A stretch of DNA of 64,000 nucleotides, from contig CAIIXF020000001.1 in assembly GCA_903813345.2 (NCBI GenBank), positions 49,414,001 to 49,478,000 on the forward strand. The letters run 5' to 3'. Positions within the stretch are counted from its first letter, which is position 1. Each line of letters opens with the position of its first letter. The stretch is from Owenia fusiformis. Taxonomy: Eukaryota. Positions 12,251 through 24,209 of the stretch are shown in pieces. The notes beneath the pieces were generated by a model that made no database searches, was not told the origin of the DNA, and saw only the letters and a program-made list of their open reading frames with translations. A program made the position numbers and the translations under genes.

Positions 12251-12680
12251 TTCAGAAGTAATTTCACCCTGAATTTCAGCCCTGTTCTGCCATACTAGAC
12301 TAACGTTATGACTATGATACTCTCTATTCGAAAAACAAATTCTGACTTATAAGTAACAGAAATTTGTTGAGTGAATAGATCGTACGATATATATTGATTT
12401 GAAAAATTTTCCAATTACTCCTACGTGGCAAGAATTAAATATGAATACATAATGAGTTGGGGATCGATATTGGCCACTTGGGCCAGTCCACTTTTTTATA
12501 AAGGGGTGTTTTTTAGACTTGCCAATTACTCCAAATAAGGGGAGTAAGCATATGTCATGGAATAGGTTGGATTGTATGTAATGTGCAAATCTGGGGTCGC
12601 AGAAACTTGTTGAGAGATGTGTGGAGGGTGGGGGGGGTCAAAAAAGCTTGGAGCAAGACTATTACAAGGTGTATACTTAC

Positions 12681-12847
12681 TCGGTATTTAATTTCATCCA
12701 GTACTCTATTTTAGCAGTTATATTTTGTTTCTTCCATCGTGTTAGGTCAGCCACATAGACCCCTGTGTTGAAGGCACAGGCGATTGGACTCATGTGTAAC
12801 TTCTTGATTTGAGCATTGTTAAAATTGATGTAGTTTGCATAAGTATT
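12681..12847 (-). CDS. GLT8D1: GLT8D1-like exon 7 (NTYANYINF...CAFNTGVYVADLTRWKKQNITAKIEYWMKLNT)
   Basis: GT8 FNxGV motif; tttcag/gtaag boundaries. Confidence 0.93.
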
Positions 12848-13060
12848 CTGAAAGGCAAAAACATACCGTACTTCTATATCTTCAACTGTCAACAAGTAAG
12901 ACCTACATAGGTGGTTTCATATCAGTTAAAAAGCCCTCTCCTCTCTTAAAATGGCACGAAATGGAACAGAACAGATTTTGGAATCTGTCTTCAGAATTTT
13001 GTAAAAAATCAGCTTTTTTACATGATAAATACAAGACCACTGATATATCATTAATTTTGT

Positions 13061-16000
13061 TTATTAGACTCCAGATTGAAAATCTGGAGTCTATTGCTTT
13101 TGCCTGTATTCTTATTATTAGACTCCAGATGAAATCTGGAGTCTATTGTTTTCGTCAGTTTTCTTATTATTAGACTCCAGATGAAATCTGGAGTCTATTG
13201 TTTTCGTCAGTTTTCTTCTTATTATTCTTATTCTTATTATTATTTTTCTAAACCAGTTTTCTCAATAACCATAAGGTTTTCAGTAAAGTCAGTCATTTGG
13301 TCAATTTAGGTCTAGAATCTAGTTCCTCGGAAATTGGGTCAAATTTTTATCTAGGTCAAAGGTCAAGAACTAGGTCAAATCCAGTACTTTGTCACTTTTT
13401 TCGATTTTCTCGGTCGTCCTTCAATATTTTCAATCCGGGTTTTTTTCATTGTGTTCCTTATAAAAAAGTAGAAAACCTAGGGTCGATTTAGTTTTTTGAT
13501 ATCTCAAACCGATTTCGAGATATCAGTGTCCGAAAACGAGGTCCAAAAAAAAGTTCTCCGAATCAAATGTCCAGGATATTAGTCTTATAGGAAATTATCT
13601 CAGGATTCCGAATCTGAAAACTAAATTTGAATCAGACTTCTAGTTCGGAAGTTATGGCGTTTTGAAAGCTCAAAAATCGCTAAATTTGGAGCCCATGTTA
13701 AGTCAATGGGAAAAAATATTTTTTTGAAGTGAAAAATAAGAAATATAGACTGAGTTCAGCTAAATATAATGAAAGCTTTTAAAAGAATGGGACCTCAAAA
13801 GCCATCTAGCTTTAAAATTTGGACACCAAAATGCCTAGGTCAAAATCTAGGTCAAATTCAAAGTTTTTCCTTGTTTTTGCGATTCTGACACTACAGATTA
13901 ATTATATTCTTCGAAATTTTGTATACATGTAGCCAAGGATATGCTAATAGTGTTAGCCTTTTGCCGTCACAAAGTATTTTGCCCCACTTTTGAGATATGG
14001 TGTCCGAAAAGTAGGTCAAAATAAAAAATTCTCCAAATATGACGTTTGAGTTATGAATTAAGTATAGAATTTTCTCAGGAATCCGAATCTGCAAACTAAA
14101 TTTCAATCCGACTTCTGGTTCGGAAGTTATGACATTTTGAAAGTTCAAAAATTGCTAAATTTGGTGCCCCATGTTATGTCAATGGGAAAAAAGATATTTT
14201 TGAAGTGTAAAATACAAGATATAGACTAATTACAGCTTAAAATAATGTAAGCCTATGAAAGAAGGGGACCTCGAAGGCTACTTAACTTCAAAATTTGGAC
14301 ACCAAAATCCCTAGGTCAAAATCTAGGTCAAATTCAAGGTTTTTCCTTATTTTTGCGATTCTGACACTACAGATTAATTATATTCTTCGAAATTTTGTAT
14401 ACATGTAGCCAAGAGTGTGCTTATAGTGTTAGCCTTTGCCGTCAGAAAGTATTATGCCCCACTTTTGAGATATGGTGTCCGAAAAGTAGGTTAAAATAAA
14501 AAATTCTCCAAATTTAACGTTTGAGTTATGAATTAAGTATAGAATTTTCTCAGGAATCCGCATCTACAAACCAAATTTCGATCTGACTTCCGGTTCCGAA
14601 GTTATGGCGTGTCCGAAAAGTAGGTCAAAATAAAAATTCGCCAAATTTAACGTATGAGTTATGAATTAGGGGTAGAATTTTGTCAGGAATCCGAATCGTT
14701 AAATCAAATTTCGATTCGACTCCTGGTTCGGAAGTTATGGCGTTTTGAAATTTCGGAAAATCGATCTGATGGTATCCTGATAGAAAGTCAAGAGTAGCGA
14801 AGAAAATATTGAAAAATTCATCCATCCTTCCTATCTGATCTTACCCTATCCTATCCTATCCTTCCTATCTATCCTTCCTTCGTATCATTTCCTTCCTATC
14901 CTTCCTATCCTATCCTCTCCTATCATATCCTTTCTTCCTATTCTGTTCTATCCTATCCTTCTTTCTTATTCTATCCTATCGTTCCTTCCTATTCTATCCT
15001 ATCCTACCTTCCTATTTTATCCATCCATCTTTTTCTTGTTATTTTGGATGACTCGGCTTATTCTGGATGACTCGGCTAAAAAAAGTCTAGATCTGGAGTC
15101 TGAAATTGAACTCGTTCAATTTCCAAAATCTAGTTATTATTCTTTTTTTTATTCTTCTTATTATTCTAACCCAGTTTTCTCAATAACCATAAGGTCTTCA
15201 GTAAAGTCAATCATTTGGTCAATTTAGGTTCAGTATCTAGTTCTCCGGAAATTGGGTCAAATTTTTATCTAGGTCAAAGGTCAAGAACTAGGTCAAATCC
15301 AGTACTTTGTCACTTTTTCCGATTTTCTCGGTCGTCCTTCAATATTTTCGATCCTGGTTTTTTTCATTGTGTTCCTTATAAAAAAGTAGGAAACCTAAAG
15401 TCGATTTTGTTTTTAGATATCTCAAACCGATTTCGAGATATCAGTGTCCGAAAACGAGGTCCAAAAAAAAGTTCTCCGCATCAAATGTCGAGGATATTAG
15501 TCTTATAGGAAATTTTCTCAGGATTCCGAATCTGAAAACAAAATTTGGATCAGACTTCCGGTTCTGAAGTTATGGCGTTTTGAAAGCTCAAAAATCACTA
15601 AATTTGGAGCCCATCTTAAGTCAATGGGAAAAAAGATTTTATTGAAGTGAAAAATACGAAATATAGACTGAGTTCAGCTTAATATAATGAAAGCTTTTAA
15701 AAGAATGGGACCTCAAAAGCCATCTAGCTTTAAAATTTGGACACCAAAATGCCTAGGTCAAAATCTAGGTCAAATTCAAAGTTTTTCCTTACTTTTGCAA
15801 TTCTGACACTACAGATTAATTATAATCTTCGAAATTTTGTATACATATAGCCAAGAGTGTGCTAATAGTGTGAGCCTTTTGCCGTCAGAAAGTATTTTGC
15901 CCCACTTTTGAGATATGGTGTCCGAAAAGTAGGTCAAAATAAAAAATTCTCCAAATATGACGTTTGAGTTATGAATGAAGTATAGAATTTTCTCAGGAAT

Positions 16001-17807
16001 CCGAATCTGCAAACCAAATTTCAATCCGACTTCTGGTTCGGAAGTTATGACATTTTGAAAGCTCAAAAATTGCTAAATTTGGTGCCCCATGTTATGTCAA
16101 TGGGAAAAAAGATTTTTTTGAGGTGTAAAATACAAGATATAGACTAATTACAGCTTAAAATAATGAAAGCCTATGAAAGAAGGGGACCTCGAAGGCTACT
16201 TAACTTCAAAATTTGGACACCAAAATCCCTAGGTCAAAATCTAGGTCAAATTCAAGGTTTTTCCTTATTTTGCGATTCTGACACTACAGATTAATTATAT
16301 TTTTCGAAAATTTGTATACATGTAGCCAAGAGTGTGCTAATAGTGTTAGCCTTTTGCCGTCAGAAAGTATTTTGCCCCACTTTTGAGATATGGTGTCCGA
16401 AAAGTAGGTTAAAATAAAAAATTCTCCAAATTTAACGTTTGAGTAATGAATTAAGTATAGAATTTTCTCAGGAATTCGAATCTATAAACCAAATTTCGAT
16501 CCGACTTCCGGTTCCGAAGTAATGGCGTGTCGGAAAAGTAGGTCAAAATAAAAATTCGCCAAATTTAACGTATGAGTTATGAATTAGGGGTAGAATTTTG
16601 TCAGGAATCCGAATCTTTAAATCAAATTGTGATTCGACTCCTGGTTCGGAAGTTATGGCGTTTTGAAATTTCGGAAAATCGATCTGATTGTATCCTGATA
16701 GAAAGTCAAGAGTAGAGAAGAAAATATTGAAAAATTCATCCATCCTTCCTATCTGATCTTACCCTATCCTATCCTATCCTTCCTATCTATCCTTCCTTCG
16801 TATCATTTCCTTACTTTCCTTCCTATCCTATCCTCTCCTATCATATCCTTTCTTCCTATTCTGTTCTATCCTATCCTTCTTTCTTATTCTATCCTATCGT
16901 TCCTTCCTATTCTATCCTATCCTACCTTCCTATTTTATCCATCCATCTTTTTCTGGATGACTCAGCTTATTTTGGATGACTCGGCTTATTCTGAATGACT
17001 CGGCTAAAAAAAGTCTAGATCTGGAGTCTGAAATTGAACTCGTTCAATTTCCAAAATCTAGTTATTATTCTTATTCTTATTAGCACGATTTCTCAGTAAC
17101 TAGAAGACTTAGAGTAAATCTAATTACATGGTCAGTTAGGGTATGTGACCTAGTTTCTGGGAAATTAGGTCAAATTTTTATCTAGGTCAAAGGTTAAAAT
17201 TAAGGTCAATTTTTCTAATTTCACAAATTTTCAATTTTCTTTTTAATCTATCATTATTTCTGGCGATGAATTAAATTATAGCTCCTTCTAAGTATTTCAA
17301 ACATTTCACTCACTCTATGTCTCGATGAAAATTTTACCAATTTTGAGAAATTTGACTCCAAAAAAATGGTGAAATTTAAATTGTTCCAAATCTATTGAGA
17401 TTAGTCTCAATTTAACAGGAAATTATCTCAGGATTCCAAATCTGAAAACCAAATTGTGATCCGATTTCCGGTTTAGGAGTTACCACATTTTGAAATTTCA
17501 AAAAAATGATATGATGGTACCCTGATGGCATGTCTACCTGACCGTTAATTTTCTCATTTCTCATTAATATCAAAGTTCAAATTAAGGTTTTAATAGAACA
17601 AAGGATTGCGAAACTGAAAACAAAATTGAGATCCGACTTTCGGTTTAGAAGTTATGGGCTTTTGAAATCTCAAAAAAATCCCACCGCTGCCACCAAATTG
17701 TAACAATCTCAACCCTTTCATTAATATCAGATCTCAAAATGGTTTTGAAATAAACAATCTAAATCTGGAGTCTTGAATTGAACTTGTTCAATTTCTCCAA
17801 TCTAGTT
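13061..17807 (+). mobile_element. Three self-nested Helentron-type (HINE-like) elements
   Basis: Three stacked 5' ends TAGACTCCAGAT..ATCTGGAGTCTA (~13061, 13115, 13167); three 3' ends with subTIR, hairpin gaaattgaac/gttcaatttc and CTAGTT (15135, 17063, 17807); (TTA/TTC)n and (CCTAT)n microsatellites. Confidence 0.8.
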
Positions 17808-17951
17808 ATATATGTAGTTCGCTATAGCAATAAGGCAACATTTCAACATCAGAGATCTAGAATAACTTTAAAGTCATGACAAATAGTAGATGAATAATGA
17901 GACATATTTTCAAACTTTACATGGGGACTTTAAAAGCTTAAAGTGAATTAC

Positions 17952-18052
17952 TTGAATGAAAGTGAATCTTTTGGAGACAGAACTGCAGTCATCAGAGACA
18001 GCCATCACATGATTTGCTTCTATATGAGTCTTGTACAGCTCTGCAATGTCAC
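17952..18052 (-). CDS. GLT8D1: GLT8D1-like exon 6 (DIAELYKTHIEANHVMAVSDDCSSVSKRFTFIQ)
   Basis: tttcag/gtaatt boundaries; resembles GDILALYNT...AAFSEDC. Confidence 0.9.
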
Positions 18053-18719
18053 CTGAAAGACATATCCAATTACAAGTTCAACTGTAGAAAATAAACATCA
18101 ATGTTGTACTATTAGCACAAAATGTACCCATTTTAGCAAAGAGACTCTTTTTGCTCTATGGGAAAATAACATGGGATATATATTTTTTTTTAAGATAAAT
18201 GAGTCACAAATAAGAAAAAGATTTTAACAGGACAATTTTCACAAGTGTTTTAAGAAGAAGAAACAAGAAGTATCTATATCACAGAAGTATCGTAGAAACT
18301 ACATGTATTTAGAATTGTATATTGTTGTTGAAAATAGAACATTCTATCATTAAGTGTACTTTATCATTTTGATCAGTGCATCATTTGTACTAATGTGGAT
18401 ACAACTTCTTAATTTTCACATAAAATATCCTGGCTCTGTATAAATGTACCATTTAATTAAATAACAAAGGCTAGTACCTTGTGCCAGGCTTAAAGAGATG
18501 CTATCTAAAACCACCAGTTTATGTGGCACAAACATTAAAAATTAAATTGCTGAATTTTATCAATTTAAAAACCAATAAGAAAGCATTTACATGACAAATG
18601 ATTACAAAAGTATAATAATTTTACCACCAATCACAGAACACCAATCACAAAAAGGTAACTTGACCAATATCAGCACTTCCTGGTGGTAACGTGAAAATGA
18701 AATGTAAGCAATGTGTTAC

Positions 18720-18807
18720 CTTGTACAATGGTATCATCATCCAGGTGTATCAGCCTTCCACTGAGTTCAGGGAACATTTCAGAAATGTAGAACCTGGCAT
18801 AGTTCAA
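18720..18807 (-). CDS. GLT8D1: GLT8D1-like exon 5 (LNYARFYISEMFPELSGRLIHLDDDTIVQG), contains DxD motif
   Basis: GT8 signature YARFY...LDDD.IVQGD; tttcag/gtaac boundaries. Confidence 0.92.
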
Positions 18808-21800
18808 CTGAAACAATTACAAAATTTCAGAAAATAATGTAGAATATGGCATAGTTCAACTGAAACAATTACAACATTTCAGAAAATAATGTAGAATATG
18901 GCATAGTTCAACTGAAACAATTACAACATTTCAGAAATGTAGAATATGGCATAGTTCAACTGAAACAATTACAACATTTCAGAAATGTAGAATATGGCAT
19001 AGTTCAACTGAAACAATTACAACATTTCAGAAATGTAGAATATGGCATAGTTCAACTGAAACAAATACAACATTTCAGAATTGTAGAACCTGGCATAGTT
19101 CAACTGAAACAAATACAACATTTCAGAATTGTAGAACCTGGCATAGTTCAACTGAAACAAATACAACATTTCAGAATTGTAGAACCTGGCATAGTTCAAC
19201 TGAAACAAATACAACATTTCAGAATTGTAAAACCTGGCATAGTTAAACTGAAACAAATACAACATTTCAGAATTGTAGAACCTGGCATAGTTCAACTGAA
19301 ACAAATACAACATTTCAGAATTGTAGAACCTGGCATAGTTCAACTGAAACAAATACAACATTTCAGAATTGTAGAACCTGGCATAGTTCAACTGAAACAA
19401 ATACAACATTTCAGAATTGTAGAACCTGGCATAGTTAAACTGAAACAAATACAACATTTCAGAATTGTAGAACCTGGCATAGTTCAACTGAAACAAATAC
19501 AACATTTCAGAATTGTAGAACCTGGCATAGTTAAACTGAAACAAATACAACATTTCAGAATTGTAGAACCTGGCATAGTTAAACTGAAACAAATACAACA
19601 TTTCAGAATTGTAGAACCTGGCATAGTTCAACTGAAACAAATACAACATTTCAGAAATGTAGAACCTGACATAGTTAAACTGAAACAAATACAACATTTC
19701 AGATATGTAGAATATGGCATAGTTCAACTGAAACAAATACAACATTTCAGATATGTAGAATATGGCATAGTTCAACTGAAACAAATACAACATTTCAGTA
19801 TTGTAGAACCTGACATAGTTAAACTGAAACAAATACAACATTTCAGATATGTAGAATATGGCATAGTTCAACTGAAACAAATACAACATTTCAGATATGT
19901 AGAATATGGCATAGTTCAACTGAAACAAATACAACATTTCAGATATGTAGAATATGGCATAGTTCAACTGAAACAAATACAACATTTCAGAAATGTAGAA
20001 TATGGCATAGTTAAACTGAAACAAATACAACATTTCAGAATTGTAGAACCTGGCATAGTTCAACTGAAACAAATACAACATTTCAGAATTGTAGAACCTG
20101 GCATAGTTCAACTGAAACAAATACAACATTTCAGGTATGTAGAATATGGCATAGTTCAACTCAAACAAATACAACATTTCAGAATTGTAGAACCTGGCAT
20201 AGTTCAACTGAAACAAATACAACATTTCAGAATTGTAGAACCTGGCATAGTTAAACTGAAACAAATACAACATTTCAGAATTGTAGAACCTGGCATAGTT
20301 AAACTGAAACAAATACAACATTTCAGAATTGTAGAACCTGGCATAGTTCAACTGAAACAAATACAACATTTCAGAATTGTAGAACCTGGCATAGTTCAAC
20401 TGAAACAAATACAACATTTCAGAAATGTAGAACCTGGCATAGTTCAACTGAAACAAATACAACATTTCAGAAATGTAGAACCTGACATAGTTCAACTGAA
20501 ACAAATACAACATTTCAGAAATGTAGAACCTGGCATTGTTTGACTGAAACAAATACAACATTTCAGAAATGTAGAACCTGGCATAGTTAAACTGAAACAA
20601 ATACAACATTTCAGAATTGTAGAACCTGGCATAGTTAAACTGAAACAAATACAACATTTCAGAATTGTAGAACCTGGCATAGTTAAACTGAAACAAATAC
20701 AACATTTCAGAATTGTAGAACCTGGCATAGTTAAACCGAAACAAATACAACATTTCAGAATTGTAGAACCTGGCATAGTTCAACTGAAACAAATACAACA
20801 TTTCAGAAATGTAGAATCTGACATAGTTCAACTGAAACAAATACAACATTTCAGAAATGTAGAACCTGGCATTGTTTGACTGAAACAAATACAACATTTC
20901 AGAAATGTAGAACCTGGCATAGTTCAACTCAAACAAATACAACATTTCAGTTATGTAGAACCTGGCATAGTTCAACTGAAACAAATACAACATTTTAGAA
21001 ATGTAGAACCTGGCATAGTTCAACTGAAACAAATACAACATTTCAGAAATGTAGAATATGGCATAGTTCAACTGAAACAAATACAACATTTCAGTTATGT
21101 AGAACCTGGCATAGTTCAACTGAAACAAATATAACATTTCAAAAATGTAGAATATGGCATAGTTCAACTAAAAACAAATACAACATTTCAGAATTGTAGA
21201 ATATGGCATAGTTCAACTGAAACAATTACAACATTTCAGATATGTAGAACCTAGCATAGTTTGGCTGAAACAAGTACAACATTTCAGATATGTAGAACCT
21301 GGCATAGTTTGGCTGAAACAAGTACAACATTTCAGAAATGTAGAACCTGAAATTATGCAACTGACAAAAATACAACATTTCAGAAATGTAGAACCTAGCA
21401 TACTAGTAGTTCAACTGAAACAAATACAACATTTCAGAAATGTTGAACCTGGCATAGTTCAACTGAAACAAATACAACATTTCAGAAATGTAGAACCTGG
21501 CATAGTTCAACTGAAACAAATACAACATTTCAGAAATGTAAAACCTGGCATAGTTCAACTGAAACAAATACAACATTTCAGATATGTAGAACCTGGCATA
21601 GTTTGGCTGAAACAAGTACAACATTTCAGAAATGTAGAACCTGAAATTTTGCAACTGACAAAAATACAACATTTCAGAAATGTAGAACCTAGCATACTAG
21701 TAGTTCAACTGAAACAAATACAACATTTCAGAAATGTTGAACCTGGCATAGTTCAACTGAAACAAATACAACATTTCAGAAATGTAGAACCTGGCATAGT

Positions 21801-21888
21801 TCAACTGAAACAAATACAACATTTCAGAAATGTAGAACCTAACACATAGTTTGACTGAAACAAGTACAACATTTCAGAAATGTAGAAA
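18772..21888 (-). repeat. 48-bp tandem array (~65 copies by length) of the GLT8D1 intron 4/exon 5 acceptor junction
   Basis: Unit (minus) atgttgtatttgtttcag|TTGAACTATGCCAGGTTCTACAATTCTGAA; the terminal copy is the real exon start. Confidence 0.95.
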
Positions 21889-22160
21889 ACATTTTACAGT
21901 TTAAACCAATAAGAGCAGCATCATCCTTATCAGTGGTATCCCCAGGATTTTTTCTGAAGTGGGTGCAAAGTTCTTATTTTCACAGTTCACACTAAAATTG
22001 GTCAAAATATGCCCATTTTTGTGATTTCTCTCATTTCCAAGTGGATGCAAAGGATATTCAGGTGAGTGCTGCACCCACTTGCTTTAACGCTTGGGAGATT
22101 ATTGCTTACACCAATTGGCCAGAGGTTAATAAACAATTCAAAAAGTGTGGGAGTCCAGCA

Positions 22161-22514
22161 TTGTGGGAGTATGATATGAAGAGAGCACTACTTACAGGAC
22201 TAGCTAGTTCTTGTGGGAGTATGATATGAAGAGAGCACTACTTACAGGACTAGCTAGTTCTTGTGGGAGTATGATATGAAGAGAGCACTACTTACAGGAC
22301 TAGCTAGTTCTTGTGGGAGTATGATATGAAGAGAGCACTACTTACAGGACTAGCTAGTTCTTGTGGGAGTATGATATGAAGAGAGCACTACTTACAGGAC
22401 TAGCTAGTTCTTGTGGGAGTATGATATGAAGAGAGCACTACTTACAGGACTAGCTAGTTCTTGTGGGAGTATGATATGAAGAGAGCACTACTTACAGGAC
22501 TAGCTAGTTCTTGT
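22161..22514 (-). repeat. 50-bp tandem array (7 identical copies) of the GLT8D1 exon 4/intron 4 donor junction
   Basis: Unit (minus) ACAAGAACTAGCTAGTCCT|gtaagtagtgctctcttcatatcatactccc; cttac at 22191, 22241, ... 22491. Confidence 0.95.
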
Positions 22515-22613
22515 CTTCCACCTCTGACAAGAACTTTATTCTTTACAAGATCCTCATTAAACACTTTGATTGTGTAATCTATATTCCTGAGAGAAGTTTT
22601 TTCTATATAATTC
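22496..22613 (-). CDS. GLT8D1: GLT8D1-like exon 4 (NYIEKTSLRNIDYTIKVFNEDLVKNKVLVRGGRQELASP)
   Basis: tttcag/gtaag boundaries, phase 2-0 consistent with neighbouring exons. Confidence 0.88.
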
Positions 22614-22755
22614 CTGAAACATAACAAAGTACTTTAAATTAGATACAATACATCACAATGTAGCTGTTTTCTTTCATAACAATAAATTAATTAAATGACA
22701 TAGGCGGCACAGAGTACATTTGAAATCCCTCAATACTTTGAAACAACAATGTTAT

Positions 22756-24209
22756 ACAAGAACACAAATGTGTACAAAATGTCCCCACCAATGGGTGATC
22801 CCGACAAATGGTTATCCTGAAAATGAGTAGACAAGACTTTACAGACACAATTTGAGGACAGAAAATCCAACATGGCTGCCTAGAATTCCATACTAAGAAC
22901 CACCCCTGAAAATTTGAAATTGATCCGTCAAACAGTTAACCAGAAAACATGTAAACAAGACTATACAGACAAGATTTTAGGATGGAAAATCCAAAATGGC
23001 TGCCTTGACATTTACCCGAAATGTCAAAAAACTAATCAGTTCGCGATTTTCATTGTAAGAATCACCCCTGAAAAGTTGAAATTGATCTACCAAACGGTTC
23101 ACCTGAAAACGCGTAGACAAGACTTTACAGACAAGATTTTAGGATGGAAAATCCAAAATGGCTACCTTGACATTTACGCAGAATGCCAAAAAACCAATCA
23201 AATTTAGATTTTCATACTAAGAATCATTCCTGAAAATTCGAAATTGATCTACCAAACAGTTTACCTAAAAACGCGTAGACAAGACTTTACAGGCAAGATT
23301 TTAAGACGGAAAATCCAAAATGGCTGCCTTGACATTTATCCAGAATGCCATAAAACTAATCAGATTTAGATTTTCATACTAAGAATCATCCCTGAAAATT
23401 TGAAATTAATCAACCTAACGGTTCACCTAGAAATGCGTAGACAAGACTTTACAGACAAGATTTTAGGACGGAAAATCCAAAATGGCTGCCTTGACATTTA
23501 CCCAGAATGCCAAAAAACTAATCAGATCTAGATTTACATACTAAGAATCATCCCTGAAAATTTGAAATTGATCTACCAAACGGTTCACCTGAAAAAGCAT
23601 AGACAAGACTCTACAGACAAGATTTTAGGACGGAAAAATCCAAAATGGCCGACAATAAAAAAGTGATGATGAGTTTTTGCTGATTTCCTTTTACAAAATT
23701 ATCACATATATCTACTGTAAACAATAAGATAAACAAAGTACACCTGAAATTATATATAAAGCTACAAAATAGTTAAAGTATGAAAACTCAAAAACACCAT
23801 TGAATATGATACCAAATATTATCGTGTGCTAACTTTTCTCAGGACATTCAAAATGGCTTACATGACTGAGCTAACAGGTCCAAAACCTAATCAGATATAG
23901 AATGAAGTGAGCTGAACAAGATATAAAAGTTTTAAAAGCAACTGTGAAGACGTTTTTCTTATTAAAGTTTGCAGACAAGGATTTTAGCATTTGGCTTCAA
24001 AATGGCCGACAGGAAGTAGGTGTTGAGTTAAATTTTTTACATCCACATCTGTATGCACTCGTAAGTTATCCCTGAAAATTTGAAGGTGATATCTGTAGCG
24101 GTTTTGGAGAAAACTGCCGGACGTATGGACGGACAGACAGACAGACAGACAGACGGACGCGCCTAGGCCGACAATATGGCCCCACACTATGTGGTGGGGA
24201 CATAAAAAA
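22756..24209 (-). mobile_element. HINE-like element with ~5 internal 162-bp tandem repeats and a (GACA/GACG)n microsatellite
   Basis: subTIR atgtccccacca / tggtggggacat; 162-bp period across ~22900-23650; microsatellite 24127-24158. Confidence 0.7.

Larger units (their letters stand above)
3935..12582 (-). mobile_element. DIRS1-type tyrosine-recombinase retrotransposon, full-length but degenerate, in GLT8D1 intron 7
   Basis: Inverted terminal repeats (~3986-4116 vs ~12434-12563), internal complementary region 4187-4278, gag/RT/RNaseH/MT/YR ORFs, TGTAAT at both ends. Confidence 0.95.

Noticed and set aside
13230..17063. Simple 1.9-kb segmental tandem duplication
   Set aside because: The stacked 5' ends and serial 3' ends fit nested HINE insertions better
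19017..21167. 716-aa ORF as an independent repeat-protein gene
   Set aside because: It is the 48-bp splice-acceptor array read in the host exon frame, with no unique domain or independent gene structure
18772..22514. CRISPR-like arrays
   Set aside because: The repeats are head-to-tail with no unique spacers, there are no cas genes, and the context is a eukaryotic intron
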